Part shown: positions 62,601-64,000 of the stretch, in pieces | Layout: each line of letters begins with the position of its first letter | Position numbering within the stretch: the first letter of the stretch is position 1 | Assembly (NCBI GenBank): GCA_905178155.1 | Contig: CAJINV010000016.1 | Location: 434,001 to 498,000, forward strand | DNA from: Amoebophrya sp. A120 | Lineage: Eukaryota; Protista; Dinoflagellata | Length of the DNA: 64,000 nucleotides | Direction of reading: 5' to 3' | Made by a program: the position numbers and the translations under genes | The notes under the pieces: model-generated | The model's input: the letters and a program-made list of their open reading frames with translations, nothing else | Told to the model about the DNA's origin: nothing | The model's database searches: none

Positions 62601-63986
62601 GCGTGCACCATCGCCAGCCCGTTCGGCCCTTCCGGTGCGTTCGGCGGTAAGTAGACCGTGATCCCCTCCATTTCCCCGCAGTAGTGCTCGCCCTCTTTCC
62701 CCGGAACTAGGAAGTACCGGTAGGGGTTTAGGACTAACCGCGGGTTCAGATTTTGGATCATCGCCTGGTGCAACTCTTCATCAAATGCAAAAATGTCTGG
62801 GTCTGGAAGAATCTGAGACTTGTCATGCACAGTTTGCATGAGCCATGATGTCTGTGATGCATGCCCTAGCATCACAGGTTTATTGAGGGACTCATGATGC
62901 CTATTCCGCACGACAAATGCCCTGTCCGCGTAGCAAAAATTAGATTCCTTTTGCTGCTCATGCAACACAAATTTTTTAGACATCCAAATGCAGCATCACA
63001 AGTTGCATTCTTCCAGACCCAGACACTTTTGCATTTGATATTCTTCATCCGACATCAGCGCCTCCTTCACCATGCCCTGGATCAATTTCTCGAAACTCGA
63101 CTGTTTCCTTCGCAACATATTGCGAGGAAAAATCCCCCCTCCCCATAATGGACATTTGTGATGCTGGATTTGTGTACACAAATCGACTTGTCTTGCTAGA
63201 AGGCCAAGAGACGCAGTTGCGGCCTAAATTGTAGACGGTTTGTTATGCTGTTTCCCACTTGCAGTGGCCTCCTGTGATGCTGAAGATGCAAGGTTTTCCC
63301 ACGTCAGCGAGCACTACAGTCCGTGTCCGCATCTTTTGCCTTCTAGCATGACAACATGATTTGTGGAAGCAAATCATGCTACACAAGTCGCCGTTTTAGG
63401 ATGAGGAGGGGGGATCGGGATTTTTCATTTTGATACAACACCAGCGCTCGTCGCAGAAAATCCCGAACGATGGTGATCAACTCGGAACTGGATCGGAGCT
63501 TCACCAAAGCGGTCAACGTCCGTTGTAACAGCTTCGCGTTTGGATTCGCTTCGTCGTTGGCGCAAACTTCCGATTCTATATCAAATGCAGAAGTGTCTGG
63601 GTCTGGAATAAACTTGTGATGCTAAGTGGCGTAGCATGGGGAGGCCACAAGTGCTGGCTCAGCATGACAAATTTCATCTGAGCTACTAGGTGTTGCCTAT
63701 TCTGCATGACAAACTGCGTCTCCGCATGACAGAAAAGCGCGGCTCTTGGGCAACGTGCATGACAGATTTAAGAGTCATGCCAGACAAGCATGACAAACGT
63801 GCATTCTTCCAGACCCAGACATTTTTACATTTGATATTCTAGTTGCTTCTTCAACTCCTTCTTTTTCTTCGCCGCTTCCTTCTTTTTCTCCTGCTCATCG
63901 GAGGTGGTTGTGGAAACGCCAGACGATTTCATCTTCACAGTGGATTCCGTCCCAGATTGCCCCGCGGAGGAGACGTCTTCGTCCAT
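56668..63986 (-). CDS. hypothetical protein, 14 exons (9 IE introns, 4 GT-AG introns)
   Basis: One continuous frame from MDEDVSSAGQ (63986; true start may lie beyond the window) to the stop at 56668 after removing nine IEs and GT-AG introns 61534-61653, 60406-60604, 58618-59761 and 58031-58127. No domain recognised. Confidence 0.75.
57669..57818. mobile_element. introner element, family B
   Basis: TIRs; repeat GTCCA/GTCTA; frame restored. Confidence 0.88.
58290..58555. mobile_element. introner element, family A
   Basis: TIRs; repeat CTCTT/CTCTT; restores QVVEELQETR. Confidence 0.9.
58758..58824. repeat. 67-bp duplicate of an exon end plus splice donor, lacking the family E element
   Basis: Matches 59756-60036 once the 209-bp element and one ACTAA are removed, with 1 synonymous mismatch. 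Confidence 0.9.
58825..59755. repeat. GC-rich intronic insertion with a 21-bp tandem repeat and dispersed AAAATCGATTTT palindromes
   Basis: About 6 copies of GCATTGCACAAAATCGATTTT at 58825-58978; further palindromes near 59310, 59428 and 59665. Confidence 0.8.
59789..59997. mobile_element. introner element, family E (TIR TATCCAAGAAAAAAAC)
   Basis: 16-bp perfect TIR; repeat ACTAA/ACTAA; empty-site copy at 58758-58824. Confidence 0.9.
61029..61311. mobile_element. introner element, family D
   Basis: TIRs; repeat AGGAT/CGGAT; frame restored. Confidence 0.88.
61929..62183. mobile_element. introner element, family A
   Basis: TIRs; repeat TAAGC/TCAGC; frame restored (EMLRIQYK). Confidence 0.88.
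62241..62494. mobile_element. introner element, family A
   Basis: TIRs; repeat CGGGC/CGGGC; frame restored. Confidence 0.9.
62779..63040. mobile_element. introner element, family A
   Basis: TIRs (left end CAT instead of TAT); repeat CTCTT/TTCTT; frame restored. Confidence 0.88.
63118..63435. mobile_element. introner element, family C (inverse of 31557)
   Basis: TIRs; repeat CAACA/CAACA; frame restored. Confidence 0.9.
63579..63836. mobile_element. introner element, family A
   Basis: TIRs; repeat TTCTA/TTCTA; frame restored. Confidence 0.9.
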
Positions 63987-64000
63987 GTTGCACGTGAGAA

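Noticed and set aside
4618-63836. Recurrent peptides such as [16 protein letters not shown] and MQKCLGLE as a protein family
   Set aside because: They are translations of the family A TIR in different frames.

Overview
Eukaryotic, gene-dense window in which every credible gene is on the minus strand. It is most consistent with the parasitic dinoflagellate relative Amoebophrya (Syndiniales); this is inferred from co-oriented genes, low-complexity-expanded proteins and inverted-repeat introns. Recognisable genes are XPD/ERCC2 (27308-32254), UPF1 (34190-39320) and a very large LRRC9-like LRR gene (40271-54424), plus several hypothetical genes. The dominant signal is 29 short (150-369 bp) terminal-inverted-repeat (TIR) elements in five TIR families. 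All sit inside coding sequence, mostly lack GT-AG ends, and are flanked by 5-bp direct repeats (20 perfect, 7 with one mismatch, 2 diverged). Removing the element plus 5 nt restores the reading frame, including conserved helicase motifs, so they behave as non-canonical introns (introner elements, IEs). New-looking details: members of a family occur in both orientations in same-strand genes; all families share a TAT-N7-AAA(A) end signature; and a 9-nt motif YTGT[ACG]ATGC, often as inverted pairs, marks both IEs and canonical introns. A 67-bp duplication also preserves an empty copy of one insertion site. Other repeats are a 203-bp tandem array (about 17 units), a 1.58-kb foldback TIR element, and GC-rich non-coding islands. 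Coordinates were read by eye and exon boundaries are ambiguous within the 5-bp repeats.
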